This document shows positions 29,816 to 43,062 of a stretch of DNA of 64,000 bases, piece after piece. Position numbers and translations under genes: made by a program. The notes under the pieces were generated by a model. That model worked only from the letters and a program-made list of their open reading frames with translations. It did not search any database and was not told the origin of the DNA. Every line of letters starts with the position of its first letter. Within the stretch, counting starts at the first letter, position 1. The stretch comes from Sphagnum compactum (lineage: Eukaryota), in NCBI GenBank assembly GCA_965153455.1, contig OZ234493.1, positions 2,976,001-3,040,000 on the forward strand. The letters run 5' to 3'.

Positions 29816-32800
29816 ATGGCGTGTAATCTGAGAGCTCGATCAGTGTTACTAGTGTTGGAAGTTGTGGTCATTTTGCAGGCTTGCCACTCCTGTATGGGAT
29901 TAAGGCAAGTCCTTTCCGCTGGACAGAGCCTTTCTCATGCGGGCTCATCAACATTGCACAATAGCTGGCCCGAGTCTACACGGTCCCCAGATGATCAGTC
30001 TGAGGTGTCCACCGAAGATTCATCTGCTGTCCTTAAGGTACATAACGAAGTGTGGCAGCTGGTTTTGTTAGGAGCTTTCAGAAATGGATATGAAACTGCT
30101 AGTCAATTGTCGAAAGTGATCTCTTGCAGATCGAGCCTTCATGTACTTTTGACTTTTGCAGGTCTTGAGAACACCATTGATACACAGAGACCATCCAGAT
30201 TCGCCATTGTCAAAGGCAGCTTACAACACTAGCTCGTATTCTGAAAGGTTAGCCGCGGCTGTGAAAAGGAGCTTAGCTTGTCGGGATTACGTCTCTCGTC
30301 GATTGATGAGCTCGACCTTCGAAGGAGGATTCGAAAGCCAGGTGATACCGGACGAAACGTATGTTCAGTACGGGTTGCTGACTGAGTACACGATGGCGCT
30401 GTCAATTGGCACACCTCCGCAGCGATTCTTTGTTTTAATTGATACCGGAAGCGACTTGTTATGGCTGAATTGCAAGCCTTGCAACCAATGCATCATTCAT
30501 CCTTTTGGGTCCCCATTTGATCCCAGCTTGTCCTCATCTTACAGAAACATATCGTGCACTGACAACTTTTGCAAGGTACGCGAAATGCATCTAACGAGAA
30601 ACTTTTGCCCCACATCATCCACCTGGTTTGATCTTGAGATTGGCTCAGCATATCTATCGAGGATTATTAGCTGCAAATTAGGAAAACGACCTCCTCAAGA
30701 GATCAAATTTTCCTTAAAATCGATCTCAATTTGACAACCATCCTCCAGATGGTAATTCATCATTTGTGTAACGTTACACGGATGCTAGTTTGATATTCAA
30801 CTTCATGTACTTGGCAAGGTTTTTTTTTTGAATCTCTGCACACCAGTGATCCTGATATGAAAACTTCTCAGTACTTAGTCTCCTAAAGCACCGCGAGAAA
30901 TTTCTTGGTGTATTTGAAGGCTACCTTAAAAAGGAAAGATTCACTCCTGTCCAGGGAACCATCTTACCTTCCTCAACGAGGAACCTTGCGTTTTAAAATG
31001 TTTCTGTACCAAATGTAAGCTTCCTTCCTATTGTGTTTTTCTAGTGGTGCTTTACGATTGGAAAGGCCCTAGGACAAGGCCGTAACCAGAATACGAGTAC
31101 CACCCTCAGCTGCTGCCTCTGACAGTACCCTTATTCTGGTAAAGCCCTCGTTGTCCAAGGGCCTTACCTACGACACAATATCAGGGCTACCCAAGGTGAC
31201 AGCCAAGGTCCTGGACTGTCACCTCTGGTGGTATCCTTGTTCCCGTAATGCCCTCATTCTGGGGACTTACCTACCGTGAGATGTTGGGGCCATCTGACTA
31301 GCTCTAATTATGCCCAATGATGTGAGCCCCTGAGCTAATAACAAACTCATCTATCATGTTCTCTTCATCAGGTTCTTATTGACCACCCCAACGTTGCTGG
31401 AGTTGGGAGTTGCGAAGACTCTAAATGTAAATACTCTATTGCATACGATCCGCCTATTACCACCCAAGGCAATGTGGCGTCCGAGACGCTCACAGTCACG
31501 AACATAGACGGATGGTCCACTTCCATTCGAAATGTTTTATTTGGTTGTGGGCATAACCAATCCAATTTCTTCTTTGGAGCAGACGGAATCCTGGGTCTTG
31601 GCAGAAGTCCAATCTCTCTACCTAGCCAGCTGCGGAACATCTATCCAGAGATTTTCTCCTACTGCTTGGTGCCCTTTAGCTATTCCACCACCAATACGAG
31701 CACCTTCTTCTTGGGAAGCCCACAAGGCTTCAAACTCCATCGCCACTTGGTCTACACACCCATCGTCAACCAAACGTTTTCTCCACATTATTACGTGGGC
31801 CTCAGAGGAATCAGCGTGAACGGTACCTTGTTAAATATCCCACCAGACACTTTCCACATCAACAAAACAACTCATGCGGGTGGCGTCTTGTGGGACTCTG
31901 GCGGCGCATTTACCTTCCTCAACACTGTTGCTTACACTGCTGTGTCCCAGGTTAGTGTCCTCATCCGCTCTTGCTCAAACAGATTTCAAGGATTGGGCTG
32001 GCTAACTTACTTACGAAATTAATCAGAAAAGTGGATGCTCACTGCTGAACACAGGTAGTAAGTAGCCTGTAGGTGTTTGGTTCTCTCCAATACATTGCTT
32101 CCAGTTCAAAGGAAAATTGCATCACCAAATCTTACTTACAAAGACACAAGAAAAAGTGCATTCATGTCCTTTGAGCAGAATTGGAATATGGATGGATTTT
32201 TTTCAAGAACCTGATGTGAACTGGACCAAAGGTTCCATTTTTCTGTGGACCTGGAACGGTCCTAATTCTTTTTAAAGAACTGGAGGTTCTTCAAAACAGT
32301 CAAGAACCACCCAACACTGGTTTATACATGATAGCTAACCACTTTGGTATTAACCTCCTCTGACACAGGAACACAAGGAAATGGTGTTTCACGTCTACAC
32401 CTCATCTATACTGCACAATGTGCTGGTGTGTCCTGGTTTTCTCTGGCCAGGGAAGCTCTACAATTGCATCCATTTTACAATGGACAATTGAGATCAAAAG
32501 TGCATAGGACTAAGTAAATAAAAGGACTGATTCCATGTAAAATGATTGCAGGAACTTCAGAGGCTGATAACTTTACCACAAGTCAACCACACTGTAGATA
32601 ACATATTTCCACTGTGCTTCAACCTGACAAAGGGTTCAATTCACGACTTTCCAACCATTAGATTCCACTTCATAGATGCAAGTGGTAATGGAACTGTACA
32701 CTTTGTGCTGGCTCCAGAGAATTACATATCTTTGTACTTGGAGCCCCCTACATATTGTCTCACTATATTACCCAGTGCTGAGAATGGACTGCTTGTGAAT

Positions 32801-32896
32801 ATCATTGGCAACCTTGCACAAGCAAACCATCAAATGGTTTTCGATCGAGTGAATCAGCAAATTGGGTGGGCATCTGCAGATTGTTCAAAGCTTTAA
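29816..32896 (+). CDS. Secreted A1-family aspartic protease, nepenthesin/CDR1-like (TAXi_N/TAXi_C fold), ~519 aa
   Basis: Exons 29816-30037, 30162-30575, 31372-31950 and 32552-32896, all phase-0 GT-AG. Signal peptide; LIHRD..DSP prosegment; EYTMALSIGTPPQ; catalytic DTGSDLLW and DSGG; FGCG; GILGLGRSPISLPSQL; FSYCL; IIGNLAQAN..VFD; C-terminal ADC. Confidence 0.93.
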
Positions 32897-34549
32897 ATTT
32901 CAAGTGGATGAGTTGATGTATATTTAGCTAGTTCTAAGTTACACCTTTCACAGATTGGTAAATGTATATGTAATATATATGTGTAAATCACAACTGCATA
33001 CTCTTATTTGTATTCACAACTGTATAATATATTTCATATAATATATGTAAATCATGGACACAACTGCATTAATGTGAAAAAACTGCCATGTTCTTCTGGA
33101 CAATATATTTCTTGCTTTTTTTTTCTTTTGTGCATTATCCCCTTCATTTCCTTGAACTCCTGAAATGTATTGAGATCCCAATTGCTGAAACCATGATGAA
33201 ATTCAAGACTAGCATGTAGCCCATAGCATTTCCATGATCTCCTATATGAACATATTTGGCAAAGTCTGTAACACCCAAAATTTAGGAGTATTTAGTAAAA
33301 CATTCTGGGCAAAAAGCACCAAGAGGTAACACAGGTTTTAGAAAATGGAATTTTCTGTAACAAATATTCCCTTTTTTCTAAAAACAATTTCACCTAAAAT
33401 TGCCAGAAAACTGTTTTGTTTTTTGGGAGGGTGTCGCCACATTTATGTCTACTGGCTACAGTTTTAGGAGTTCTTTGAAATAATGTCCTCAGTTAAGTCC
33501 AAATCTGCCTTCAGATGCTTCCCACCCTCACTCCATGGGGAAATTGAAAACAAAAGCATTGTATGATAATCTCCTGACACAATTTTCCATCTCCAACTTA
33601 AAGTGAGGATGAAAGTGCACCTTAGTGTACAAATATTAGACTTGAGGATGGATAGCAATGTTTTGCTTTTCCTTTTTGCAAAGTAGCCAGTGGGGCCACT
33701 TGTGAAGATCGTCAACTGGGTAAAAGCCATTTTAGGTAGGAGCTCTGGCTGGTCCTGCCAGTTTTTTAATCTCAATATGGCTACCCCTAAAGTTATTAAG
33801 GTGAATTTTTTTGCCCTGCCTCTATATTCACAGGTGCTAACATAAGGCTATCATTGAAAATTTCTTCAAGACTTCTCGCCATTCTGATATTGCACATGGG
33901 TTTTTCAAGTGAAGAGTCTAATTATTTTTTATGAACCTGGCATTTACTTGTCTCAAATTGTAGTGTTAATGGTGATAAATTGTTTTTTGTATGGATCCAA
34001 GTGAACCATCAAATAACAACACAAAAGATTGAATAAACAAGTGAACCATCAAATTTCACAAGTAAACTCAAGGACTTGCAAGGGAATTAAACCCTTAAAA
34101 TTGGCCATTCCAACACAAGTGAACTACAAAATCAAGCCAAGTTAACATATGTCATACATTTACAACTTCAAAAGACCCAACAAACAAAAACCATTGCAAT
34201 CAAACTCTAGAGAGTGGGAAAACCATGCTAGTAAAATGGAAACCAAGGTATATGGTTTGTAAAGCAATCATTGAATTCAATAGAAATAGAAACATAAGCC
34301 ATCAAGTTTTTACATTTGCAAAAACAGACACATGAAGTTCGCAAAGCACCCTAACCATCATGAAAATATCAATGATGTGCTCTTTTCCATTACACAATGC
34401 ATTTTGCACATGGGAAATTTTGCAAAATCTAAAACTATTTTGCAAACATGTGAACGACAAGTAAGAAATAAGTAGTGAACCTATTGCGAAACTTTGACTA
34501 CATAAAAGCCAAAGTAAGGAAATATTTTTTTGTCTTCCACACTACCTAC

Positions 34550-36650
34550 TATTTGCACCATGACTAATTCATCCACTTTCACATACTCAAAGAAGCTAGA
34601 AATTAATATCTAAGATGTTGTCACAAGGTACCACACTATGGTTAAAAGATAAGTGTCAAAATGTAATGCCATACATGTTTTTGTATTTGACTTCCTTGTA
34701 AGCTTTAATATGTTTTGTTGGCAATCCAAATCACTAACATTCAACAACTCAAAGGCTTTTCTTTCCTAGGCATCCACCCATTGGATTTTTGCATATTAAA
34801 ATGCAACTTTGATAACATCAAGGTGTTTGGCAAATGATGCATTAAAATCTAAATGCAACCAATACTAGGGATACATAATTCCAAGAACATCCATGACATC
34901 ATATGCTAGAAACAAAGTTTCCAATTCTCAAATCAAAGCTTATCTAGTCCTTGCCAAAACACACATAGTTCATGGATTTGCATGAACACAAAAACCTAAA
35001 AACTAGAAAAAAATACACAAAACAAGTTGAAAATTGGAAAAAAAATGGTTTGAAGCACATAAAGTTGCAAGCTTTTTTCTTCGAACTAATTTTTCACCAA
35101 AGATTCAACAACAACAAACACAACTTCAGTCACAAGTGATGGCAACATGGTCTCCAAATCTCAATGCAATGCCCAACCATGTTGGCCATTCAACTGAAAT
35201 GTCAAATGTTAAACTCCAGAATTCAAGTTAGGTATCCACCACATGTCAATGCATTCATGTTTGAATTCCATTGAAGATTTGAAGGTTTAAAAGTTGTCGA
35301 CAATGAACTTGAACTTTGGATTACAATACATATTGTAGATGTCACCTTGACATACCTTCATAACTACTAGTAAATTACACATAAAAATCCCTAAGTTCAT
35401 CGTGCAAATTGAATGAAAACATGCACAAACTCCAACAATGGAAAAATAAAACTAAGTTTAATAAAAAATTTAGGTCACAAAAGTGTTCATAATTCAATTT
35501 GGCTTGCTAGTTTATAGGGTTGTTCAACACCATCTTGATTAACAAACTTTTGCATTCTACCATCACTTGTTTAGCAAGGTTGAACATCAAGATCAATCTA
35601 ATTTTCACATTTCAAATAATCTTGTTCCCATTTTTTTTTTATGAACTCAATTGACTTTATGAACTCCAAGTGTTTTTTAAGTGAATGTGCAAAATATGAA
35701 TGCAAAAATTGTAACAAATTTTCAAGCCACATCACCAAAGGCAACCCAACAAGATTTACACTTCTATTAATGTGACGAGGCATACATAGAACCCCTATTC
35801 AATGAGGAGCACAATTGTCACCGATTTGCCTTCTGACATTAATTTTGATGCCTTGAAAAACATTGGCACCATCCACCCCAAAGAAAATGAGCTTCTTGGC
35901 AATTTGCTCTTGTGGCAAACCACCACCTGTCATCACAACCTCCATAATAACCTTTGTTAAATTATTAGACCTTGATCCTTCTAACATTTGGTCCAGAAAA
36001 ATGAAAATTGGGATTCTTACCCAATTATCCACCATATAACTACAGACATATAACCAAGATTGGTTGTCAAATGTAGATATTTAATCACAACTCAAACCAA
36101 CATAATGGGCAACCCCCATGTATAGTTATGGTTGCCCACATCACCTTTTAATGCATGAATTCTACCATTGTTTAATTTGAAGTACAATCTAATGTTCCTT
36201 GTTGTTTTTCAACGTACCAAAAATTCAAATAATGGGTTCAAGGATTCATACTCCAACATGGGATGCCCATGTCGTAGCAATTATAATACATTGGTCAATC
36301 AAACAATTATTCTTGTTTTCTCTCTAGCCACCCTAACTGTCAGTTGGGTAGTAACACTTTGTCAAGTGCAAGGAACAAACTTTTGACTTTTTTAGCATGC
36401 TTACACACTTTTGAATATTATTCCCCTTTCTTCACTTTAGACCTTATGTTCTTCTTAAGCTTCTTGTGCCTTATGTGTGTAAAAAAAGAATCCCTCTTAA
36501 AAACAAACAATTTTTCCTTCTATTCAACATGTTTAGTTACAAATTTACATTTGACAATGTGCAAGTTGCCATCTATCTCTAAACATAACTCAACCTATGG
36601 AAATTTTGCAACCCAAGATTGTTCAAGCTTTCTAATGAAGTCATAATTTT
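34550..36650 (-). mobile_element. Degenerate hAT-superfamily (ZNF862-like) transposase remnant
   Basis: KLIFFGVDGANVFQG followed by a C..H.-like motif and 'LQFLHSYFAHS' resemble the hAT core (G.DGA..M.G...HC.AH.L.L); many stops. Confidence 0.6.
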
Positions 36651-38699
36651 ATTTTTTGGTTGTTGGATTTGAATAGATGGGTAAACCTTCTTTAGGGGGG
36701 CAAGGTGATTCATTCAATGATGTAACAAGATTTTTATTATGTTTTAGATCTATATTTGTAAATGAAAGATAAGAACTATTTGGAAAAAATAATGGAAGGG
36801 AAAATGCAAGAAGACCATGAGATGAAAAAATTACATTTGGATCAAGAATCACAAGAAGCCCAACAATAGTAGGGAAATAAAAGTATTTGAATTTGTAACT
36901 TTGTGGGAGTTGTGGAGGCATTGTGAAAGAAGACTAACACTAAATGAGAATGGATATTAAAAAAAATTGGGAAAAAAACCCTTAAATTTTGTTAATGAAA
37001 TAATTGAGTTTATTGCAATAATTCAAATTTACAGTAAATGTAAATGGATAAAACAAAATCTAGAATAAAATTTTCAAATTTCACCAATCAAAGAATTGGG
37101 TTATTGTACCAACTTTGAAATTGCACTAGAAATGAGAATCGACAAAAGAAAATCTTAAAAAATACCTCAAGACTTACCAATGTCTGCCACATGCTTCACC
37201 TTTTATTATACTAGAACTCTAGAAACTCCTTCTCCCCTCCTAGTTTCATTATTTTTTATTAGCTCCATTTTTCTTTTGTCTATTTCTATTTGCTTTATTT
37301 TTTCTGTCGTAATACTACACATAGACACACAAACATAGTTTTTTTCCGAGGTTTGCCATCAATGGTGATGTCGTGATGAAATCCAAACGATCCTTCGCAC
37401 AAACAAACAACCTTTAAATTGTTTAAACAAGTCTTCTTCATTTCACTTGTCCTTTGCATTAGGTTTCAAAGGTTCACAAGGATCTAGAAGGTGAAAGAGG
37501 GTGGGCCATAGAGACTATATTGAAGTAGATCAAAAGAGGAAATGTGGGTGGTCACACATAGGTAGTATAAATGTAGGCGAGGAGATGGGGATGTTGAGAT
37601 TATATAGGAAGCAGGGGCAAGAACAAGATGGATTAAGTACAAGCTAGAACATGCGTGCAAGGTAACGGATGCAAAGATGGAGTCTAGTTTCTATAAATTA
37701 CTACCATTTTAAGGCCCGACGGTTTTAATGTTCAAAGTTGGTGGGCCTTGGATTGAGGAACAAGAACAAGATCATGCAAAAAAAAACAAAAAACTTGAAT
37801 TTGTAATAGTACCAATCATTCGAAGAAGTGGTGAAAGAATTGAATCTAAATTCCCCCATTACAAATCTTTAAGTCGTTTAATTATGCAATTTCCTCTATT
37901 GTGTTTTAGAGATTTTGCATGATTGTAACATGGTAGCCCTTATCAACCTCATTCAAATTAGGTAAATAGGTAGGTAGGTTAAGAACGTTTATAGTTTATA
38001 ATTTAAGGTTTAGGGTTTCATTAGATAATGTGTATATACATGGTAGACCTTGTAGTTTCACTGATATCAAAGTGCCGACAGGTATCATAACAGGATTTCG
38101 ATATCATGATGACTTGATAGACCATCATAAAAACATTTATACCCCTTCACTCGATGATTCACAACACATTTACTTTGCCTCATCCAATTTCTTTAGTTGC
38201 TCCTAATTTGTCTTCACATTTCACACCTTGTCTACCTCATCAACCATGGGCTATTCCTCAATCATCTATACCTATATTAAGGGCCTATCCATCCCATAAG
38301 TAGTGTCCACATGTTCCTTGTCCTAGTTTGGTAGCTTATACGTAACAACAATATGTTTAACATGTCACCAAACACCAAACACCAAAATCGCACAAAGGTG
38401 TACCACACATGATGAAAAAGGCTTAGTCCTTATTGTAGTTTGTTTTTACCCTATATTTTGATCCCCATAAAAAATAATGAATCAAACGTTGTCAAAATTT
38501 TTAAAAGGACTATATTTTAAACCATTACAATTCTAGATTGCATCATAATCATTCGTAAATGTGTCTTTACATGGTAAAAAAAAACTAGGTAAAAAAGACA
38601 AAAAAAGATGACATGTGATAAGATTTTGGTACACCTTAAAAAATTTGCACCCAATCATTAGCTTCTAAGGTGCTGATGCCCTCGGCTTTACTGTTTTCT

Positions 38700-41600
38700 C
38701 CTCCTTTTTTAACTTAGACACGGATTGCATCATTAAATATCATCAATGTGTTGCATTTTGGTTACAACACCCCCGTTCATACCATCATATTCCATATGTT
38801 TTCCATGTTGAAATTTAACGTGTATTGCATATCCCTTTAGCTTGGTTGGTTGTCAATCCATCCAACATAATAGCTTTGCATGCATTTTTGCTCTTCCATT
38901 TCTATTGTTTGTATTTTCCATTAGAGAAAAGGTGGTGAGAAAGGCCACTAAGAGACTTGTGCCCATTTGCGTCGATACATGGCAATAGACTTAAAATCAT
39001 TAGGAACATATGATTAAAACATAAGCATTGGCTTCTTAAAAAATTTCAAAAATGGCACCAGATCTTATTCCACTTCTATCAACACGATTGTGTTGCACAC
39101 AAACACTTGTTCATGTAAGGTAATGTGTTCAGATAGTGTGTGCATTAACCCCTAGCATTCATGCGGCCCCATCAACTAAGATCATTGTGGCCTTTCGCCA
39201 TTTTCATCCATTGGCTAAAGTTGACCTCCCCCCTTTTGTCAATGATTTCCATCTAGAGACGAATCTTGTTTTGGATAAAAAAACATTTTTTGCTTTGACA
39301 CATTCACCACATCCTTCGAATATGGCGTATGAGCTTTTGCGAGATTGCATTGTCCTTAATGACTTTGCTAATGGTTTTTTTTTTTTTTTTGGAAATATGT
39401 GAGCACATCATTCGTGGTCATGTTTTTCCATCAATATCACACTTGCTTGTTGCATTGCAACTATTGGCTTTGGAGAAACAAGCTAAAGGTGTTCGACCCA
39501 TCATGATTGGAGAGATGATTTATCAATTGGTTGCCCACACATTAACTATTCAATTCAAGGATACATTTACAAAGCATTTTAGTCCACATTAGGTTGGGGT
39601 GGCAACACCAAGTGGGTGCAAGATAGTGGTTCATGGGGTTAAAGCTATGTTATATCTACATTCGAAGTGGATGGTATTATAGGTGGATGTTTGAAACACA
39701 TTTAATTTAGTATCTCAAATAGTTGTTTTTTAAAAGTTGCAATCTTGCATGTACCAACATCTTGGATCAACTTTTCCCATTTGTTCGTCGATTTTACACA
39801 TGCATCACAAACTTAACATTTCACAACTTAAAAACAGAAATTGTGTAACATTAATCCATTCATAATTTGTATGTTTTACACATTAATATCATGCATTGAA
39901 ACACAACACACAAATTTATTGAAAGATGTGAAATCCGTGTGACATTTGTTCATTCATAGGTTCATATTTCATTCATCAACACATTTATCTATGTGTCAAA
40001 CATGTTTTCAATGCATGATATTTGTGTGTAAAATGTATGAACTTATGAATGAATGAACTTTTCACAATTTTCATTATTAATTTGTTGCATGTTAAATTTG
40101 TGATTTGCCCATTTCCACTATTTTTCGAAGGCTTTTAAACGCAAGGATTTCATAGTCATTTCGTCTTACTGCAACAACCCACCTTACTTGAGTTTTTCCC
40201 TCATCGGCGAATGATATACACATGGTTGGTCCTGCCTCGAATGTGGTACTTTTTTTTTGCGATCATAAAAGGAATTTACAACATTATGACTTTCATTGCA
40301 GTCAACGAAATGTGTAGCCTAGTTTTTACAGGGGTTAAACCAATCTATATCATTTCCTCTAGGTTTTTTTACACCTAAGTCCAATCTTTGTATTCTAATT
40401 GCTTAAGTGGGTTCTTTGCCATTTATGGAGTTAGGCTTCGTATTAGAAGTGTTCTAGGAGGACTTCAACATAATTATTAGCCTTTCTATGCTTATAGATT
40501 TTTAGGCAACTTTTGCAATGTTTTTGATTATTTATGCCCAACGACTGGGCTACCTACAACGTACCGTATTTCCATCACTAGGTATCTTGTAGCATTACAC
40601 TGAGTTTGATGTTCATACCATAACTATGTTGAAGAAACTATAAGGTTCAGGATCCTTTGGCACCATAGTGGGCCATTTGGCTCATCATCAAGTCACTTTT
40701 CCTACTTCTTCAAGGGGGTTAGGCCTTCCCTCAGTGGTCCAACATGTTGCCTTTATTTTTTTCAAATGTTGGGCTTTAATCACTCCTACACTAGTCTTTC
40801 ATTTCCAACAGGATGATCACCCTATTCTTCTTGATTCGGTGGCACATGTAAAAGCTAGTACTTATCCTTTTTTAGTAGCAATACAAGATACTTGTGTGAC
40901 ATTACGTAAGGTCGTCCAATCAGATGGCTTGCCTTTTGAAAGTTTAATGGTGCAATCTTATCCTCAAATGCAGTTTTTTTGTATGGATTAACCACACAAG
41001 CAAGAATTTATTTCGCTTTTAGCAAAAGCTCCTTCAAATGTTGTGCGAGCACATCTTCACTCCTATGCAATTCTAGCAATAGGGGCTTGTTTATTAACTT
41101 GTCCTAACACCCCTTCATTTTGTTGGTTTTCAACCCATTTCCTTACAACATTACATATTTGTTTTAGTATACCACATCTTATGGTTGCACATCTTTCACG
41201 ATGTTAATGTGATCATACCATCGATGATTTGGGTATCCATTTGTTACCTTGCCATGAACACATTATGACCCATGATATGCTTTGAGATATTGTTGCAGTT
41301 ATTGCGTCAAAAAACAAAGTTCACGTACAAAGAAAAGTTTCCCACCTTTTCCCCCACCATACACAGAGACGAATGGATATCATCATCACTAGAGACGATT
41401 TTTGAACCTTGACTAGCAAACGTTGTCATTGCTAATCCAATTCGTACAAATTTGGTGTAACATGTTTCGACGATGACAATGCATGCAACAACAATTACCG
41501 TTCAAGATAAGGCACGATCCTACATAAAGCGAACACCAATAGATGATTTCATTCCCCTTGCCATATAGACCTATGGTTGTCTCCATCCTCATTTTGATTC

Positions 41601-41790
41601 CTTTTTGACTTGTGTACATGCTAGTATAACTCACCATCAGCATACCTCCTTGGTACCTTTGATGTTTATATCTTACTATAGGCAACAAGTGTCAATAGCC
41701 TTCTAACATGCGCAAGCCATTGCAATTTTTCAATAAGTTGCCACATTTAATCACAATTCTTCATCTCTTCGACACATACCAGCTAGCTAA
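38700..41790 (+). mobile_element. Degenerate non-LTR retrotransposon, CRE-like (RT plus C-terminal zinc knuckle and restriction-like endonuclease)
   Basis: LLALEKQAKGVRPIMIGE; FSPH*VGVATPSG...VDV*NTFN; FPTSSRGLGL; C*CDHTIDDLGIHLLPC...HD; RMDII...ANV; FIPLAI*TYG. Confidence 0.7.
39804..40105. mobile_element. Fold-back MITE inserted in the LINE RT
   Basis: TIR atcacaaacttaacat / atgttaaatttgtgat, with long internal self-complementarity and flanking TGC duplication (39801-3 / 40106-8). Removing it restores the frame FYTCPFPL. Confidence 0.7.
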
Positions 41791-42289
41791 TTTGGGGCAA
41801 AGGATGCCCTTTCAACTATAGGTCTTCTACTTCATTACTGTTGTTTTGATTGTTTTGATTTTCCTTTCATGTGTTTACATGCCTTGTACGTTTTGTGGAT
41901 GGATTTCTATCCTTATTTTTATATATACATGGTTTTACCTAATTTTCAAACATGTAGCAAGCTCCAACATCCTTGTCAAATATTTTGCACATTGTTTTTT
42001 CACCAAGTCCACATTGCCAACTTGCCAAGTTGACTTCAATTTGCAAGTTGTGCAAATGCCTTTTAAACTATCCAAAACGAAACATTTTCAAAGACTACCC
42101 ATTGCCTAAAATTCATTCTTTGTTGCCAAACATTTGTTTTTTTTGTTTTTTTCTTCAAAGGGTTGGGGACTTCAATTAATCAACTATGCACATACATAGT
42201 GTATGTACATAAGCTACCTTCCCACATTCAAAGGTTATCACCATCTATGTCAAGGGAACCAATATTCAAAAGCTACCTAATTAAGGCCT

Positions 42290-42720
42290 CACACATTGCC
42301 TAGGTGGGTGGGTAGTTCAATGGGCAAGTAGGACAAGTGCCCTACTTGTAGACAAGTAGCCTAGGTGGGTAAGTATGTGAGAAGGTGGGAAGGCAAGCAA
42401 GCACATAGGTATCATAATGAGGTACATCATTTAGGAAAGTAGGTAACATAAGCAAGCATGTAGATAAGAAGGTAGGTATCCTAAGGAGCTCCATAGCTTA
42501 GAAGGGTGGGTAACATAGGCAAGAAAATAGATTAAAAAGTTGGTAGCTTAGGTAGGTATGTAGATAAATAGGTGGGTAGGTAGCTTAGGTAGACATGTAG
42601 GTAGGTGGGTAGACAACCTAAATATGTAGGTGAGTATGTAATTTATGTAGGTAGGTAGTTAGGTGAGTACACAAAGGACGTTGGTAAGCAGCTGGGTACA
42701 TAGATAACTGGGTAAGTAGT
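42290..42720. repeat. Degenerate (GGTA/GTAG)-rich low-complexity tract
   Basis: Repeated gtaggtaggt / gtgggtag / cttaggta units. Confidence 0.7.
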
Positions 42721-43062
42721 CAAAATATTCCTTATATTAGTACATGAATACTGTAAACCTTATCTGTATGCAGACATGATTTAAAAACTCTCATACAGAC
42801 CACATTCTATGGAGGCCCAACAGGCAACCCACACAAAGTTAAGGAAGTGGACTGTAAAGTATTCAACAAAAGATATGCATTTTAGATCAGTGAGTCCGAA
42901 TCAAAGGTGAAAAATGAATCCCAGGGTGTCTATTAGGTTGCAAAGTGGTGCGTATGAAGACAAAACACAGGAAATAAATTTTGAGACGCCACACACAAGA
43001 AGCTAAAAAAGAAAATTGTAAAATATCCAACAAAAAGGTGGGCATTTAGATCTGTAGGTCAA

